64,000 nucleotides of DNA from a virus (IMGVR_UViG_3300017761_003550:19860-83859); one strand, 5' to 3'; shown: positions 17,117 through 27,661, numbered from the stretch's first letter. Made by a program: numbers and translations. The notes: generated from the letters alone by a model not told the origin.

Positions 17117-18906
17117 TGGCAACCGCAAATTCAAGCATTGCACTAACATCACTTGATTTTGATTCGTACAAAGAATCTCTCAAGACATTTCTTCGTTCAC
17201 AGTCACAGTTCGCCGATTATGATTTTGAAGCATCGAATATGTCGGTGTTTCTAGACGTTCTTGCATTCAACACATATCAAAATGCATTCTATATGAACAT
17301 GATCGGTAATGAGATGTTCTTAGATTCAGCACAATTGCGTGACTCTGTTATTAGTCATGCCAAAGAGTTAAATTATCTTCCACGCTCTTTCAAATCAGCG
17401 GAAGCTACTCTAGACATTCGCATTAACAGCACTAATGCAGAAAAGAAAAACATCACAGTTCCCAAAGGAACTGGATTTGTTACACGTGTTGGTGCTAACA
17501 CATTCCTATTTACAACTAATCAGAATCATGTATTAACATCAGCAAACAGCACATTCACCGGAAGTATTAGAGTCTATGAAGGTGATTACATCACCGATTC
17601 TTATGTCTCATCAGATCGCGCATCACAAAGATATTTTATCAGCAACAAACAGGTTGATCTAGAGTCAATTAAGGTTGTGGTCATTGAAGACAATGGTGCT
17701 AATACAATTGATTACACAAGAGCAACAACGTTATTTGATATCGACGAGACAGCCCCGGTATACTTTATACAACCAGGCACAAATGACCGCTATGAGGTGT
17801 TATTTGGTGATGGTATTATTGGTCGCAAACCAAAAAATGATAGTGCTGTTGTTATTGAGTATCGCATCTCTAATGGTCAATTGCCTAATGGTGCTCGCAC
17901 ATTCCGTGTTGCGGAATCAATTGATGGTGAAGCTAATGTGGTTATCAGCACAGCATCATCAGCAACAGGTGGTGAGGTGTATGAGTCAATAGAGAGCATT
18001 AAATTCAATGCTCCTCGCGCATTCACAACACAAGAGCGAGCAGTTACTGCAGAGGATTATGAGAATCTTCTGCGTCTCAACTATCCAGAAATCAACGCTG
18101 TATCAGCGTTTGGTGGTGAGGATGCAACACCACCACAGTATGGTCGTATCTTTATCTCTATTGACCTGAATGATGTTGATGGTCTCCCAAAAATCAAAGA
18201 GCAGCAGTATGTGAACTTCCTTCGTTCACGCAGCACTGTATCAATGGATCCAATCTTCATTAGTCCTGATTACACATATATGCGTGTCATATCAGCAATC
18301 AAATACAACGTCAACCGTACCAGTTTAAACCCTGAGGATATGCGTACACTTGTGTTGTCGGCAATCCTCAACTATGCTGATACAAGCCTAAACAATTTCG
18401 CTCGTATTTTCCGTTACTCTAAATTCATCAAAGCAATTGATGATGCTGATCCAAACATCATCTCAAACGAGACAGAGGTACAGCTGGCTAAGTATCTCTC
18501 ACCGTCACTGAATGTGAACCAAAAACTTCTAATTGACTTCAAGACACCAGTTTCTGATGATCTACCAGTAATTGCTTCTGAACACCCATCAGGTGACCAG
18601 CATGCTATTAGCAGCAGCCCATTTGTATACAATGGTATTCGTTGTGTTCTTGAGGATAATGGTAATGGTCTGCTGCGCATTGTCACAGCATCAGGAGCGA
18701 CACACAGAGAGATGGCTGTTGTTGGTTCTGTTAATTATGCGACAGGCGTTGTAACAGTATCCAACTTCAACATCAGTGGTTTTGATGGTACATACTTCAA
18801 GGTGTATGCACGTACTAACACTAAAGACATCCAATCAAATAAAAATGTCATCCTAAATATCCTTGAATCAGACGTAGCAATCACAATTGAGCAGGTAAGG
18901 GAATAA
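17116..18906 (+). CDS. gp6: Baseplate wedge gp6
   Basis: LDFDSYKESLKTFLRSQSQFADYDFEAS..SVFLDVLAFNT, ESIESIKFNAP..F.TQERAVTAEDY. Confidence 0.95.
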   Translation: MATANSSIALTSLDFDSYKESLKTFLRSQSQFADYDFEASNMSVFLDVLAFNTYQNAFYMNMIGNEMFLDSAQLRDSVISHAKELNYLPRSFKSAEATLDIRINSTNAEKKNITVPKGTGFVTRVGANTFLFTTNQNHVLTSANSTFTGSIRVYEGDYITDSYVSSDRASQRYFISNKQVDLESIKVVVIEDNGANTIDYTRATTLFDIDETAPVYFIQPGTNDRYEVLFGDGIIGRKPKNDSAVVIEYRISNGQLPNGARTFRVAESIDGEANVVISTASSATGGEVYESIESIKFNAPRAFTTQERAVTAEDYENLLRLNYPEINAVSAFGGEDATPPQYGRIFISIDLNDVDGLPKIKEQQYVNFLRSRSTVSMDPIFISPDYTYMRVISAIKYNVNRTSLNPEDMRTLVLSAILNYADTSLNNFARIFRYSKFIKAIDDADPNIISNETEVQLAKYLSPSLNVNQKLLIDFKTPVSDDLPVIASEHPSGDQHAISSSPFVYNGIRCVLEDNGNGLLRIVTASGATHREMAVVGSVNYATGVVTVSNFNISGFDGTYFKVYARTNTKDIQSNKNVILNILESDVAITIEQVRE

Positions 18907-18907
18907 G

Positions 18908-19426
18908 ATGACACTGTTAAATAAAATTCGCGAAGTATTGGCAGAGTCTAAGGTTGATCTTCCATTTGACACCAAGTTGCTGTTGATGAAATCACACAAA
19001 GCTATTGGTCATCTGATTGATAACAACACAAGAACACCAGAAAGAAATGGGTATACTGAAAGATTACATGATCATCCAGAGCATCTTAAGGCTCTTCATC
19101 ATGCCATCGGAAATAGTATTCGTCGTTTAAACCCAAATACACCAGATATGCAGACTTCGCATCCTAAAGGTAAAATGGGTGGACTTGTTAGATGGGACAG
19201 ACCAAAACACCAGAAAGCTCTGTTGTGGATGGCTAGAAATGAGTTGAATAAAGTAAGAGCGCAACATGGTAATCCATTCAATTATGGACATCCAAATCCA
19301 TCACATAAGATGAGTGATGGTGAGTTTGATGAGCATATCCGCAGACTAGGTGATGTTGTTGGTACTAAGCCTTGGCCAGAAGATGGCATGAAGGACACAA
19401 TCAAAAAGGTTTGGAATAGATCATAA
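18908..19426 (+). CDS. His-rich hypothetical protein (putative internal head protein)
   Basis: N-terminus MTLLNKIREVLAES; basic and His-rich. Confidence 0.6.
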   Translation: MTLLNKIREVLAESKVDLPFDTKLLLMKSHKAIGHLIDNNTRTPERNGYTERLHDHPEHLKALHHAIGNSIRRLNPNTPDMQTSHPKGKMGGLVRWDRPKHQKALLWMARNELNKVRAQHGNPFNYGHPNPSHKMSDGEFDEHIRRLGDVVGTKPWPEDGMKDTIKKVWNRS

Positions 19427-19965
19427 TGGCTGTAAATTACAGATGGATATACCAAAAACATTATGGACCTATCCCAAAAGGATATGATATCCATCATCGC
19501 GATGGTGACCATGGTAATTGTGACATATCTAATCTAGTAGCTGTAACACTTCAAGAACACTACGACATACATTTTGCTCAAGGTGATACTGCTGCTTGTC
19601 AAGCAATTGCAATGAGAATGTCTCGTCCCCCTGAAACTGTCTCAGAGTTAGCTAAAAAACGTGTTGCTGAAGGTACACACCCATTCCAAGATAAAGAAGC
19701 AGCAAAACAACGAGCATACAAAAGAATTGCAGAAGGTACACATCCTTTTTTTGTAGATGATTTTCAAAAGAAAAACAACAAGAAAAGAGTTGAGGCTGGC
19801 ACTCATAATATGCTGGGTCCAGCGTTATCCAAGAAAAGATTGGCTGAAGGCACACACCCATCACAAAAATTAAGAACATGCCCACACTGTAATAAACAAG
19901 GTAAGGCACCTGGTATATTCAAGTGGCATTTCGATAAGTGTTCAGAGAAACAATTATGTCTATAG
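19426..19965 (+). mobile_element. Free-standing HNH homing endonuclease
   Basis: IHHRDGDHGNCDISNL...EHYDIH; four xKKRxAEGTHP-like repeats; C-terminal CPHC...HFDKC. Confidence 0.85.
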
Positions 19966-22900
19966 AAAAAACAATCAGTCAGTATGTAGAGAAGCAGTTC
20001 CCAGCATTCTATCAAGACGAAGGACCACAATTTATCAGCTTCGTAAAAGCATATTACGAGTGGCTTGAGCAACCAGACAATGTGGCATATAAGGCTCGTC
20101 ATCTGCTTGAGTATCGCGATATCGATACCACACTTGATGAGTTCATTCTTTACTTCAAAGAGAAATATCTCAAGAACATTCAGTTTGATACCGCAACCAA
20201 CAAGAAACTGTTGGTCAAGCACTCATTAGACCTGTATCGTTCAAAAGGAACTGAGCGTTCTATTGACCTGTTCTTCAAGCTGGTGTTTGGTACCGCAGCA
20301 GAGGTACAATACCCAGGTGAGCGTATCTTCAAGCTATCTGATGGTGTGTGGGAGCTTCCAAAATATCTCGAAGTAACATACAACAAGTTCAATCTCAATT
20401 ACGTTGGTAGACAGATCATTGGCTCAGCCAGTGGCGCAACAGCATTCGTAGAGCGTTATATCCGTCGCCGTGCTGGTTATGGATATGTCAATCTGCTCTA
20501 TATCAGCAATCAAGTGGGTACATTCACACGTGGTGAAGTCATTGGTGTTCAATCAAGTGGTCGCTCAGTATACACACCAGGGCAGACAGCAACAATCATC
20601 GGTTCTATTGAAAGTGTAATCATTCAGGACAATGGACGTGACTTTGCTATTGGTGATACCGTAAACTTCCTACATAGTGATCGTGGTATTGGTGGACAAG
20701 CACGTGTCACATCAATCGGCGAAGCCTCTGGTATTATCGATTTCATTCTGAATGATGGTGGCTGGGGATACACAACCAATGCTACATCTATTGTTTCAGA
20801 GAAAGTAGCAACAGCTAATGGTGTTGTCGGCACAGTTGGTGCTAATCAGATCACACTATTCGATATGGCCATTCAGCCAACCATCTCCGTTGACTTCACA
20901 ACTGGTCCTCAGATAGCACTTGGTGATATCGTTGGACGATATGATGGTGCCAATCTTATTGCTAATGGTCAGGTGATTGAGATTGATCAGGTTTCTGGTA
21001 ATGCCACTGGTACGATGACGATCAGCGTCAACAAGGGACCATTTACCGAAGGCACACTGTATGTTAATGGGAACACAACAAGCCTTAATGCAACGACTAT
21101 TGTAGACAGCAGCACCTATGCTGACATCATGGGTGTGCCAAGCGTGTATCAGCTATCTGTAGCCAACACAAATGGTGAATTTACCGTCGGAATGAATGTA
21201 TTCCAGATACAATCTAGCATTGTACATGGGTATGGAACGGTGTCAAGCGTCTCCAATGGAGTGCTTGTGATTAGTGCAGCGACCGGAAACTTTAGCAATG
21301 GAACACCACTAATTGTAAGTGAGAATAACAGCGTCAATGCAATCATCTCGAAGGTCGACACCACAATAGGTCTCTATAACATCAACAAACGGGCTTACAG
21401 CCTTGATTTTATTAGTGCAAACAACGATGGCATTGCAAACTCGCAATATTTGTTCCAATATGATGCATCTGCAAATGTCGTTTCCAGTGGGTTAGCCCTT
21501 CACTCGTCCGTGTCGTCCAATGCTGGAACTATCGAGTATGTTCCCATGAAGGGGCAGTTCCAGCTGTATGTACCCATCTACACAGTCGGTAATACCGCCA
21601 AGGCCAGCGTCTCTGTCATCACTGCACCAACAACAGGTGGTGACTTCGTGGAGTCGGCCAATGCTATCTGGAGAACGGCATATACCAATACCATGTTCAC
21701 TGTATCCTCACTATCCGAGGGCACCGGTGCACAATTCGATGTTGGTACCATTGGAGAGACAGAAGTCCTGTATCTGGGCACCGATATCATCTCCGCGAAT
21801 GGTGATGCGAGAGCAAACTTTGCGAGAAAGAGAATATTCGTCGGGTCGAGCACATCATTCCAAACTGGTGATTTCGTCTCGCAGGTCACAAACACGACAT
21901 TTACCGCATATGGAACAGTTACTGGCACAGCTACTGGTATTGTACGTGTGACTGATATCTATGGGACATTCGGAAATACCGGTGGTGCCAATGGCAATCT
22001 ACTGGTAGTGGGCAATTCCGCTGTCAACTCAAACATCACCGATGTACTGGGAATCACCGCCTCTAGCTTCTTTCTGCAAGATATACCATATATGTACCTC
22101 CCAATCAGAGCATCCAGCTATGGATTCCCCAAGAACCCACAGGGCAACCATGCAGACATTATCTTTGACTGTCTATCCTTTGATCGATTCGAAGTGGGCA
22201 CAATCGACTCATTAGCTGGTGTTGACCCTGGTTCTGGCTACAATGTGGACCCATATGTTCTGGTGGAGCAACCAGAGATCGCTGGCTTCCAGAGACGGGA
22301 CTATGTCTTCAATGTATCCAACTCGAGCTCATCATTCCTTGTGGGAGAGAAGATCAACCAGGTAGCGGCAAACCTGACGACATATACGCTCACTGTCAAC
22401 TATGGCACGAGCAATACCGTGTATGTGAGCAGAAGCGCCAATGTCACTCCGACATATGATGTGATTGCTGCTACCGACTTCATATACGCACAGAGCAACA
22501 TATACACATTCACCGCTGGACAGGTGGTGAATCCATTCACAAGCTCTCTTGAGGTCGCCAATGAACTCCTTGTTGGAGATACTCTGAGATACTATGCAGA
22601 GACTGGGAATACTGGGATTATCGCGAACAATACCTTTGTCACAGTGACAGCAGCCAATTCATCTGCATTCACAGTGAATGTGGCATTGACGATCACCAGC
22701 AACACATTCAATCCAAACAATATCGTCAACAACTTCATCAGCATAGCATCCAACCCATATGCGAATGGTGTACCACTGAGATATGTTGTAGCAGCAGGGA
22801 ATACCGCTGTACCAGGCATATCCAACAACAACACATACTATGCTGTAGAAGCAAATAGCACCGGTCTCCGCTTGTCATCAACACTATCCGGATCGGTACT

Positions 22901-23957
22901 GTCACTGACACTGGGCGCCAATGAGACTGGCCATGCTCTGACAAGCACACTTCCAGCTAGCAATGGACATAAGTTCTCGGTATATCGCAACTCATTCAGC
23001 AATGGTGAGCAGGTGATCTACAATAACACATATGTCGGCTCTGCAGTGATCACTGGACTGGCAAACAACACTATGTACTATGTGGTACAGGCAAATAGCG
23101 TTGGATTCAAGGTAGCAACAACATTCGGTGGTGCAAACATTGATTTGACTGCTGGAGGTAGTGCGAATGACCACTTCTTCACATCAATCCCAGGCTGGCT
23201 CATTAATGAGGGTGTATACTCCAATAGTGGTGCATATGGTGTAATTCAGAGTGTTGGTAATGGGTCCATCGTTGTTAAAAGCGTCAGCAATGGCACATTC
23301 GCTGCACCAGGCACACTTAGCTCGAACACCAACTCTTACTTAACCGCCAATGTAGCAACAAGCACACTGAGCACTATAACACAGACATCAGAGGGCATCG
23401 TGAAGTCTTCTAACACTTCAGTCATTGTGGTTAAAAGGATTCAGTTTGAGAACAACTGGGCGTCTAACACCACTATAACGGGTGAAGTCACCGGTGCTAC
23501 AGCAGTCTTAAACAGCATCGATATAGACACACTATCACTGCCTGTTGGTTTAAACGCCAATGTTGAAGCCAATGTCATTGCTGCTGAAGGACAGGTCACG
23601 GGTTTAAAGATCATTGATAGTGGCTTCGGATATGACAACAGTGAGATAATACAGTTCACCAGCGTTGATGGTTTAAGAGCAGCCAGTGCCAAGGTTATAT
23701 TAGGTGGTGTTGGTAAGGGTGCTGGTTATTATAAGAGCTCTAAAGGCTTTCTTAGTGACTCTGTATGCTTACACGATGGCGATTACTATCAGGAATACTC
23801 TTATGAGATCTTTAGTAAGCTCTCAGTTGATCGGTATAGTGACATGTTTAAGAAGGTGATGCACACGGCAGGGACCAAGTTCTTTGGCTCCGCACGAGTC
23901 GTGGAAGAGGATGCCGTGGTGGTGACGCTTGTTGACTCCACTGTGGTCCAAGAGTGA
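19956..23957 (+). CDS. gp7: Baseplate wedge initiator gp7-like protein, expanded
   Basis: QFPAFYQDEGPQFISFVKAYYEWLE...LYRSKGTERSIDLFFKLVFG; C-terminal DYYQEYSYEI...HTAGTKFFG. Confidence 0.85.
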   Translation: MSIEKTISQYVEKQFPAFYQDEGPQFISFVKAYYEWLEQPDNVAYKARHLLEYRDIDTTLDEFILYFKEKYLKNIQFDTATNKKLLVKHSLDLYRSKGTERSIDLFFKLVFGTAAEVQYPGERIFKLSDGVWELPKYLEVTYNKFNLNYVGRQIIGSASGATAFVERYIRRRAGYGYVNLLYISNQVGTFTRGEVIGVQSSGRSVYTPGQTATIIGSIESVIIQDNGRDFAIGDTVNFLHSDRGIGGQARVTSIGEASGIIDFILNDGGWGYTTNATSIVSEKVATANGVVGTVGANQITLFDMAIQPTISVDFTTGPQIALGDIVGRYDGANLIANGQVIEIDQVSGNATGTMTISVNKGPFTEGTLYVNGNTTSLNATTIVDSSTYADIMGVPSVYQLSVANTNGEFTVGMNVFQIQSSIVHGYGTVSSVSNGVLVISAATGNFSNGTPLIVSENNSVNAIISKVDTTIGLYNINKRAYSLDFISANNDGIANSQYLFQYDASANVVSSGLALHSSVSSNAGTIEYVPMKGQFQLYVPIYTVGNTAKASVSVITAPTTGGDFVESANAIWRTAYTNTMFTVSSLSEGTGAQFDVGTIGETEVLYLGTDIISANGDARANFARKRIFVGSSTSFQTGDFVSQVTNTTFTAYGTVTGTATGIVRVTDIYGTFGNTGGANGNLLVVGNSAVNSNITDVLGITASSFFLQDIPYMYLPIRASSYGFPKNPQGNHADIIFDCLSFDRFEVGTIDSLAGVDPGSGYNVDPYVLVEQPEIAGFQRRDYVFNVSNSSSSFLVGEKINQVAANLTTYTLTVNYGTSNTVYVSRSANVTPTYDVIAATDFIYAQSNIYTFTAGQVVNPFTSSLEVANELLVGDTLRYYAETGNTGIIANNTFVTVTAANSSAFTVNVALTITSNTFNPNNIVNNFISIASNPYANGVPLRYVVAAGNTAVPGISNNNTYYAVEANSTGLRLSSTLSGSVLSLTLGANETGHALTSTLPASNGHKFSVYRNSFSNGEQVIYNNTYVGSAVITGLANNTMYYVVQANSVGFKVATTFGGANIDLTAGGSANDHFFTSIPGWLINEGVYSNSGAYGVIQSVGNGSIVVKSVSNGTFAAPGTLSSNTNSYLTANVATSTLSTITQTSEGIVKSSNTSVIVVKRIQFENNWASNTTITGEVTGATAVLNSIDIDTLSLPVGLNANVEANVIAAEGQVTGLKIIDSGFGYDNSEIIQFTSVDGLRAASAKVILGGVGKGAGYYKSSKGFLSDSVCLHDGDYYQEYSYEIFSKLSVDRYSDMFKKVMHTAGTKFFGSARVVEEDAVVVTLVDSTVVQE

Positions 23958-24269
23958 CACACGACACTGTGCCACGCGTCTTGGTGTCTCTAAAAAACCG
24001 AGGCGGCCCGGTTGATTTTCGGGTCCCCCTGCGTCGCCCCTTTAGCGGGGTAGGACCCGACTACCCCATTTCATAATGAGCAATAGTTGCGAGCTGCACC
24101 CTGCTATGTTTGCATTGGAATCGTCTCAAAAAATTTTTGCGAAAAAAAATTGCGGGCTGCAAAAAATCGTCCGTTTTGAAAACACCTCCCCCCCGTAATT
24201 GTGAAGAGTGACAAAGATATTGGGAAAACATAAATATACACGAAACGCTAGATAAGAGGAACTGCAGTT
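23958..24269. other. Structured GC-rich plus A-tract non-coding block
   Basis: About 310 bp with no ORF, several inverted repeats, then A/T tracts. Confidence 0.6.
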
Positions 24270-25334
24270 ATGTCATTCACATTAAGACCAAGAGATATGT
24301 CCGCCCACCCTAAGAATGTTGAAGATGAAAATGGTGCCGGTCACGCTACCTCTAATGGTGGTATCACCGATTCCGTCACATATCATTTTACCGCACATGA
24401 TCATAAAGGAAGGCATATCGGTAATGTTTCTGTGAATGATGGGTTTGGTTACGACAACGAATTCAAGGTCAAATTTGCCCCAAAGGGAGCAACGGGTGCC
24501 GCTGCCAAGGGAACTGATATTACCCACGCAATAACACGATCAGATCAATTTGATATGGATCGTAATTATAATGGTAACAATGCCGATCATGCTCATGAGC
24601 ATGGCATAGCAGCTTTAACTAGCTACCTCGGAAAGCCCGCCAGAAAGAGAGATAATTTCAATATTGAATCAACTGAGACACCAAAGAAATCACTTGCAGA
24701 ATCTGCCGCAAAATTAATCTCTCAGCAAACCGAATTGTCTGAGATGGGGGATAAGAAGGGTAACGGGGTCTTACACCACTTTCGTTCTGAAAAAGATGTT
24801 GCTGGGATGGCCAGACAAAAAAAACTTAATGATCATAAAAAGGGTTTCGAAGAAGCGATGGTTCGCCGTAACAGGGCGCTGGCGAAGGCTACAGATCTGA
24901 TGACTCCAGATAGAGATAGATCCACCCACCTAGCCATGGCCAACCAAGCTCACGGTGAAGCACAGGAACATGCTAAGGAACACACAAAAATTATGAATGC
25001 TGGTCGCAGATATACACATAAACCACATGCCAGCCTTTATGGTGAATTTGAATCTAAGATGCCTAAGAGCACACCTAGACAAGAGTTTGACAAGTCGCGA
25101 GATCATCGAGATCATCGAGCGGAGTCTAATCTTGGTAAGATTAAAAGAGATCACGCAGCTGCCGTAAAAAGGGTTGAAGATCACCTTGCAAGTACTGAAA
25201 CTTGGCGACGCCATCGCCCAGCATCTGCGGAACAAACTGCAGAACACAGCAAAAAACTTAAATTGGCTAAACAAGAAGTTGCGAAACACAGAGCTGCCTT
25301 CATCGACGCCGGTGGTAAAGAGTCAGATCTTTAA
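24270..25334 (+). CDS. His-rich basic protein (putative internal head polyprotein)
   Basis: 354 aa; CATAAATA at 24229; internal acidic linkers (SLAES, TELSE). Confidence 0.7.
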   Translation: MSFTLRPRDMSAHPKNVEDENGAGHATSNGGITDSVTYHFTAHDHKGRHIGNVSVNDGFGYDNEFKVKFAPKGATGAAAKGTDITHAITRSDQFDMDRNYNGNNADHAHEHGIAALTSYLGKPARKRDNFNIESTETPKKSLAESAAKLISQQTELSEMGDKKGNGVLHHFRSEKDVAGMARQKKLNDHKKGFEEAMVRRNRALAKATDLMTPDRDRSTHLAMANQAHGEAQEHAKEHTKIMNAGRRYTHKPHASLYGEFESKMPKSTPRQEFDKSRDHRDHRAESNLGKIKRDHAAAVKRVEDHLASTETWRRHRPASAEQTAEHSKKLKLAKQEVAKHRAAFIDAGGKESDL

Positions 25335-25347
25335 GAGGAATAATATT

Positions 25348-25635
25348 GTGAGAAAATCTTTAAAGCAAATTATAGCGGAGAAGCATCTAAGAGAATCTGT
25401 ATCTCAAGGTCGTCGGGCGATTGTTAGGCAGATGAAATCAGATCTTGATGGTCTTAATACAAAGGCACAAAACTATAGAAGCATCTCCGCTTTCCATAAA
25501 GATTGTCTAGCTACTGCAACAAGAGTTGATGATGCGGAGCATTCCCAGTTCATGAGTGATGTAAATAAAGACATAGCAAACAGAGTTCAGGCGCATGCCG
25601 ACGAACTAGCAGCCAAAATTAAAGCTGTTCGATAA
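25348..25635 (+). CDS. Hypothetical protein (putative internal head protein)
   Basis: GAGGA SD, GTG start, MRKSLKQIIAEKHLRES. Confidence 0.65.
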   Translation: MRKSLKQIIAEKHLRESVSQGRRAIVRQMKSDLDGLNTKAQNYRSISAFHKDCLATATRVDDAEHSQFMSDVNKDIANRVQAHADELAAKIKAVR

Positions 25636-25665
25636 ATACACAAAACCTTCCGGAGAGATATTAAG

Positions 25666-26901
25666 ATGGTAAAGATTACTCTAGATAGTGTCAAGCACCA
25701 CGATAACGGCACACCCGAGCCAGGCGAAGAGCATTATGGTGATGGCTATACGCATACGTTCCATGTGCATTCTAATAGTGGTGAGCATATTGGTACAGTG
25801 ACGCACTACACAACGGAAGGTGGATATCCAAGACAAATTACATATCACCACATGTCTGATGGAAAGCCGACATTTACTAGCTATGGGGCAAAACGCTGGA
25901 CTCCTATTGGACGAACGCTCGAAAGAGGTCTGAAATACGAAAATGACTTCGATAAAGATGGAAATGATCTAACTAAAGAAAAAGCAGAGGGTGTAAGAGC
26001 TAGAAATGCCCTTACGCAAGTAAAGAGTGCCGTTCGTTTATTTGCAAGAAGCAAAGGAGGTCAAGACTTTCTTGCCGCATCACACTTTGATGCTAAGACT
26101 AAGGGTAATAAAACTCCAAAGCGCGAAATGCCTAAGGAACTTGGGGAATCATTTAAAAAAAGCAAGCTTACTATCATCAAAGAAGCTATTCGCGAACAGC
26201 AGCCTGTTCAAGAACAAACTGAAGCCGAGAAGCATACCTGGTTTGCTCAACAACACACTAAAGCCGCTGATCAACTAGATGGTCGCATTGCCACATTAAA
26301 TTATAGATTTAATTCCGCTGCAAAGCAATCTAAAGAGTTTCCAGGTGTGTCTGATTCCACATCAATAAAAGCACACCATATGAATATCGCTATTTGGCAA
26401 GCTATAGCGGATGGCCATCGTAAAGATGCTGCTTGGCACACTGGAAAGGCCAAAGAACTTACTCCTGCTGTAGAATCATATGTCTCAGAAAGAGCGGGAG
26501 CGAATTTTCAAATTGTGGCGCCCGACCATGATGATGATGGAAAAATCTTTACAAGACGCGAGGATGCTATTGCTAGAATCAAAAAAATAAAGAAAACGCA
26601 TCCTAGTATCCGTTCTAGTATTAAGAGTCTCCATGCTGAAGCCACAGAAGAAGATAAGAACTCTCAAGAAATAACAAGACAAGAATGGTATAAGGCCAAG
26701 GAAAAAATCCACAAAAACAATCGCGCATTACTAAGAAAGGTTGGTATTAATGGCCCTGGACAATCAATTAAAGGTTGGACCGGAGTTGTCACACACAAAG
26801 GCAAGCAAGTAAATGTTGCTAAGCTGAGAAGTCAGGTTGGTTGGACTGCAGATCTATTTCGCAAGAATCGCCTAGCTGGTAAAGTAGAAACTGCAGATTG
26901 A
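25666..26901 (+). CDS. His-rich basic protein (putative internal head polyprotein)
   Basis: 411 aa; GATAAATA at 25631; N-terminal motif shared with the 24270 ORF. Confidence 0.7.
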   Translation: MVKITLDSVKHHDNGTPEPGEEHYGDGYTHTFHVHSNSGEHIGTVTHYTTEGGYPRQITYHHMSDGKPTFTSYGAKRWTPIGRTLERGLKYENDFDKDGNDLTKEKAEGVRARNALTQVKSAVRLFARSKGGQDFLAASHFDAKTKGNKTPKREMPKELGESFKKSKLTIIKEAIREQQPVQEQTEAEKHTWFAQQHTKAADQLDGRIATLNYRFNSAAKQSKEFPGVSDSTSIKAHHMNIAIWQAIADGHRKDAAWHTGKAKELTPAVESYVSERAGANFQIVAPDHDDDGKIFTRREDAIARIKKIKKTHPSIRSSIKSLHAEATEEDKNSQEITRQEWYKAKEKIHKNNRALLRKVGINGPGQSIKGWTGVVTHKGKQVNVAKLRSQVGWTADLFRKNRLAGKVETAD

Positions 26902-26912
26902 AGGTTTAAGGT

Positions 26913-27302
26913 ATGACACTTCTAGAAAGAATCAAATATCATATCAATGAAAAGAAATGCACATGCTGGAAAGGGTACAAGCGTGTTCCTGGTACCAAGC
27001 CATGTTCAAATAATTCTTGCGTAAAAGAACAGCGTTTGGCTGAAGCTGAGTACCAGGGAAATACTGTTACCCTCAACAAACCATCTGCGGGTGATGTAAA
27101 GAATAAGAAGTCTAAAGTATATGTCATAGGCCCGAATGGAAAGGTTGTTAAAGTTAACTTTGGTGATAAGAATATGACCATTAAAAAGCATATTCCCGGA
27201 AGAAGAAAATCATTTAGAGCTAGACATAATTGCGATAACGCAGGGCCAAAATGGAAAGCAAAATATTGGAGTTGCGATGCCTGGGAAAAACCTGATCGCT
27301 AA
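26913..27302 (+). CDS. Conserved basic Cys-containing T4-like phage protein (DUF6321-like)
   Basis: AEYQGNTVTLNKP...KVYV...KVVKVNFGD.NM.IK...RRKSFRARHNC...KYWSC. Confidence 0.7.
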   Translation: MTLLERIKYHINEKKCTCWKGYKRVPGTKPCSNNSCVKEQRLAEAEYQGNTVTLNKPSAGDVKNKKSKVYVIGPNGKVVKVNFGDKNMTIKKHIPGRRKSFRARHNCDNAGPKWKAKYWSCDAWEKPDR

Positions 27303-27366
27303 AAATAAAGCCTGGTAATTATAATATAAATTTATTTGTTAGCACCCAGAAAAGAAAGTATATAGC

Positions 27367-27600
27367 ATGTCTGATACATTGAAAATTAAGGTAAGAACCG
27401 GCGATGTCCGTAGAGTTATTGTCATGAATCTTGGCGAGTTTGATTCCGTGGATCGTACCTGGAAAATGAAAATGGATGTCGAATTTGTCCAAAAGCTTGT
27501 TGAGGCTTTTCATACACCAGAAGTCAAAGCTGCCGGAGTTGAAATTGTCTTCGAGTCTGCCATGTCTGATGATTCGCACATCGTGAGAAGTAACACCTAA
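27367..27600 (+). CDS. Hypothetical protein
   Basis: 77-aa ORF in the same orientation as its neighbours. Confidence 0.5.
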   Translation: MSDTLKIKVRTGDVRRVIVMNLGEFDSVDRTWKMKMDVEFVQKLVEAFHTPEVKAAGVEIVFESAMSDDSHIVRSNT

Positions 27601-27661
27601 ATAGATCGCAGAGATCGGGGCGCTTCGCGCCATTGGTGGAGACTTAATTGGGTAATAAAAT

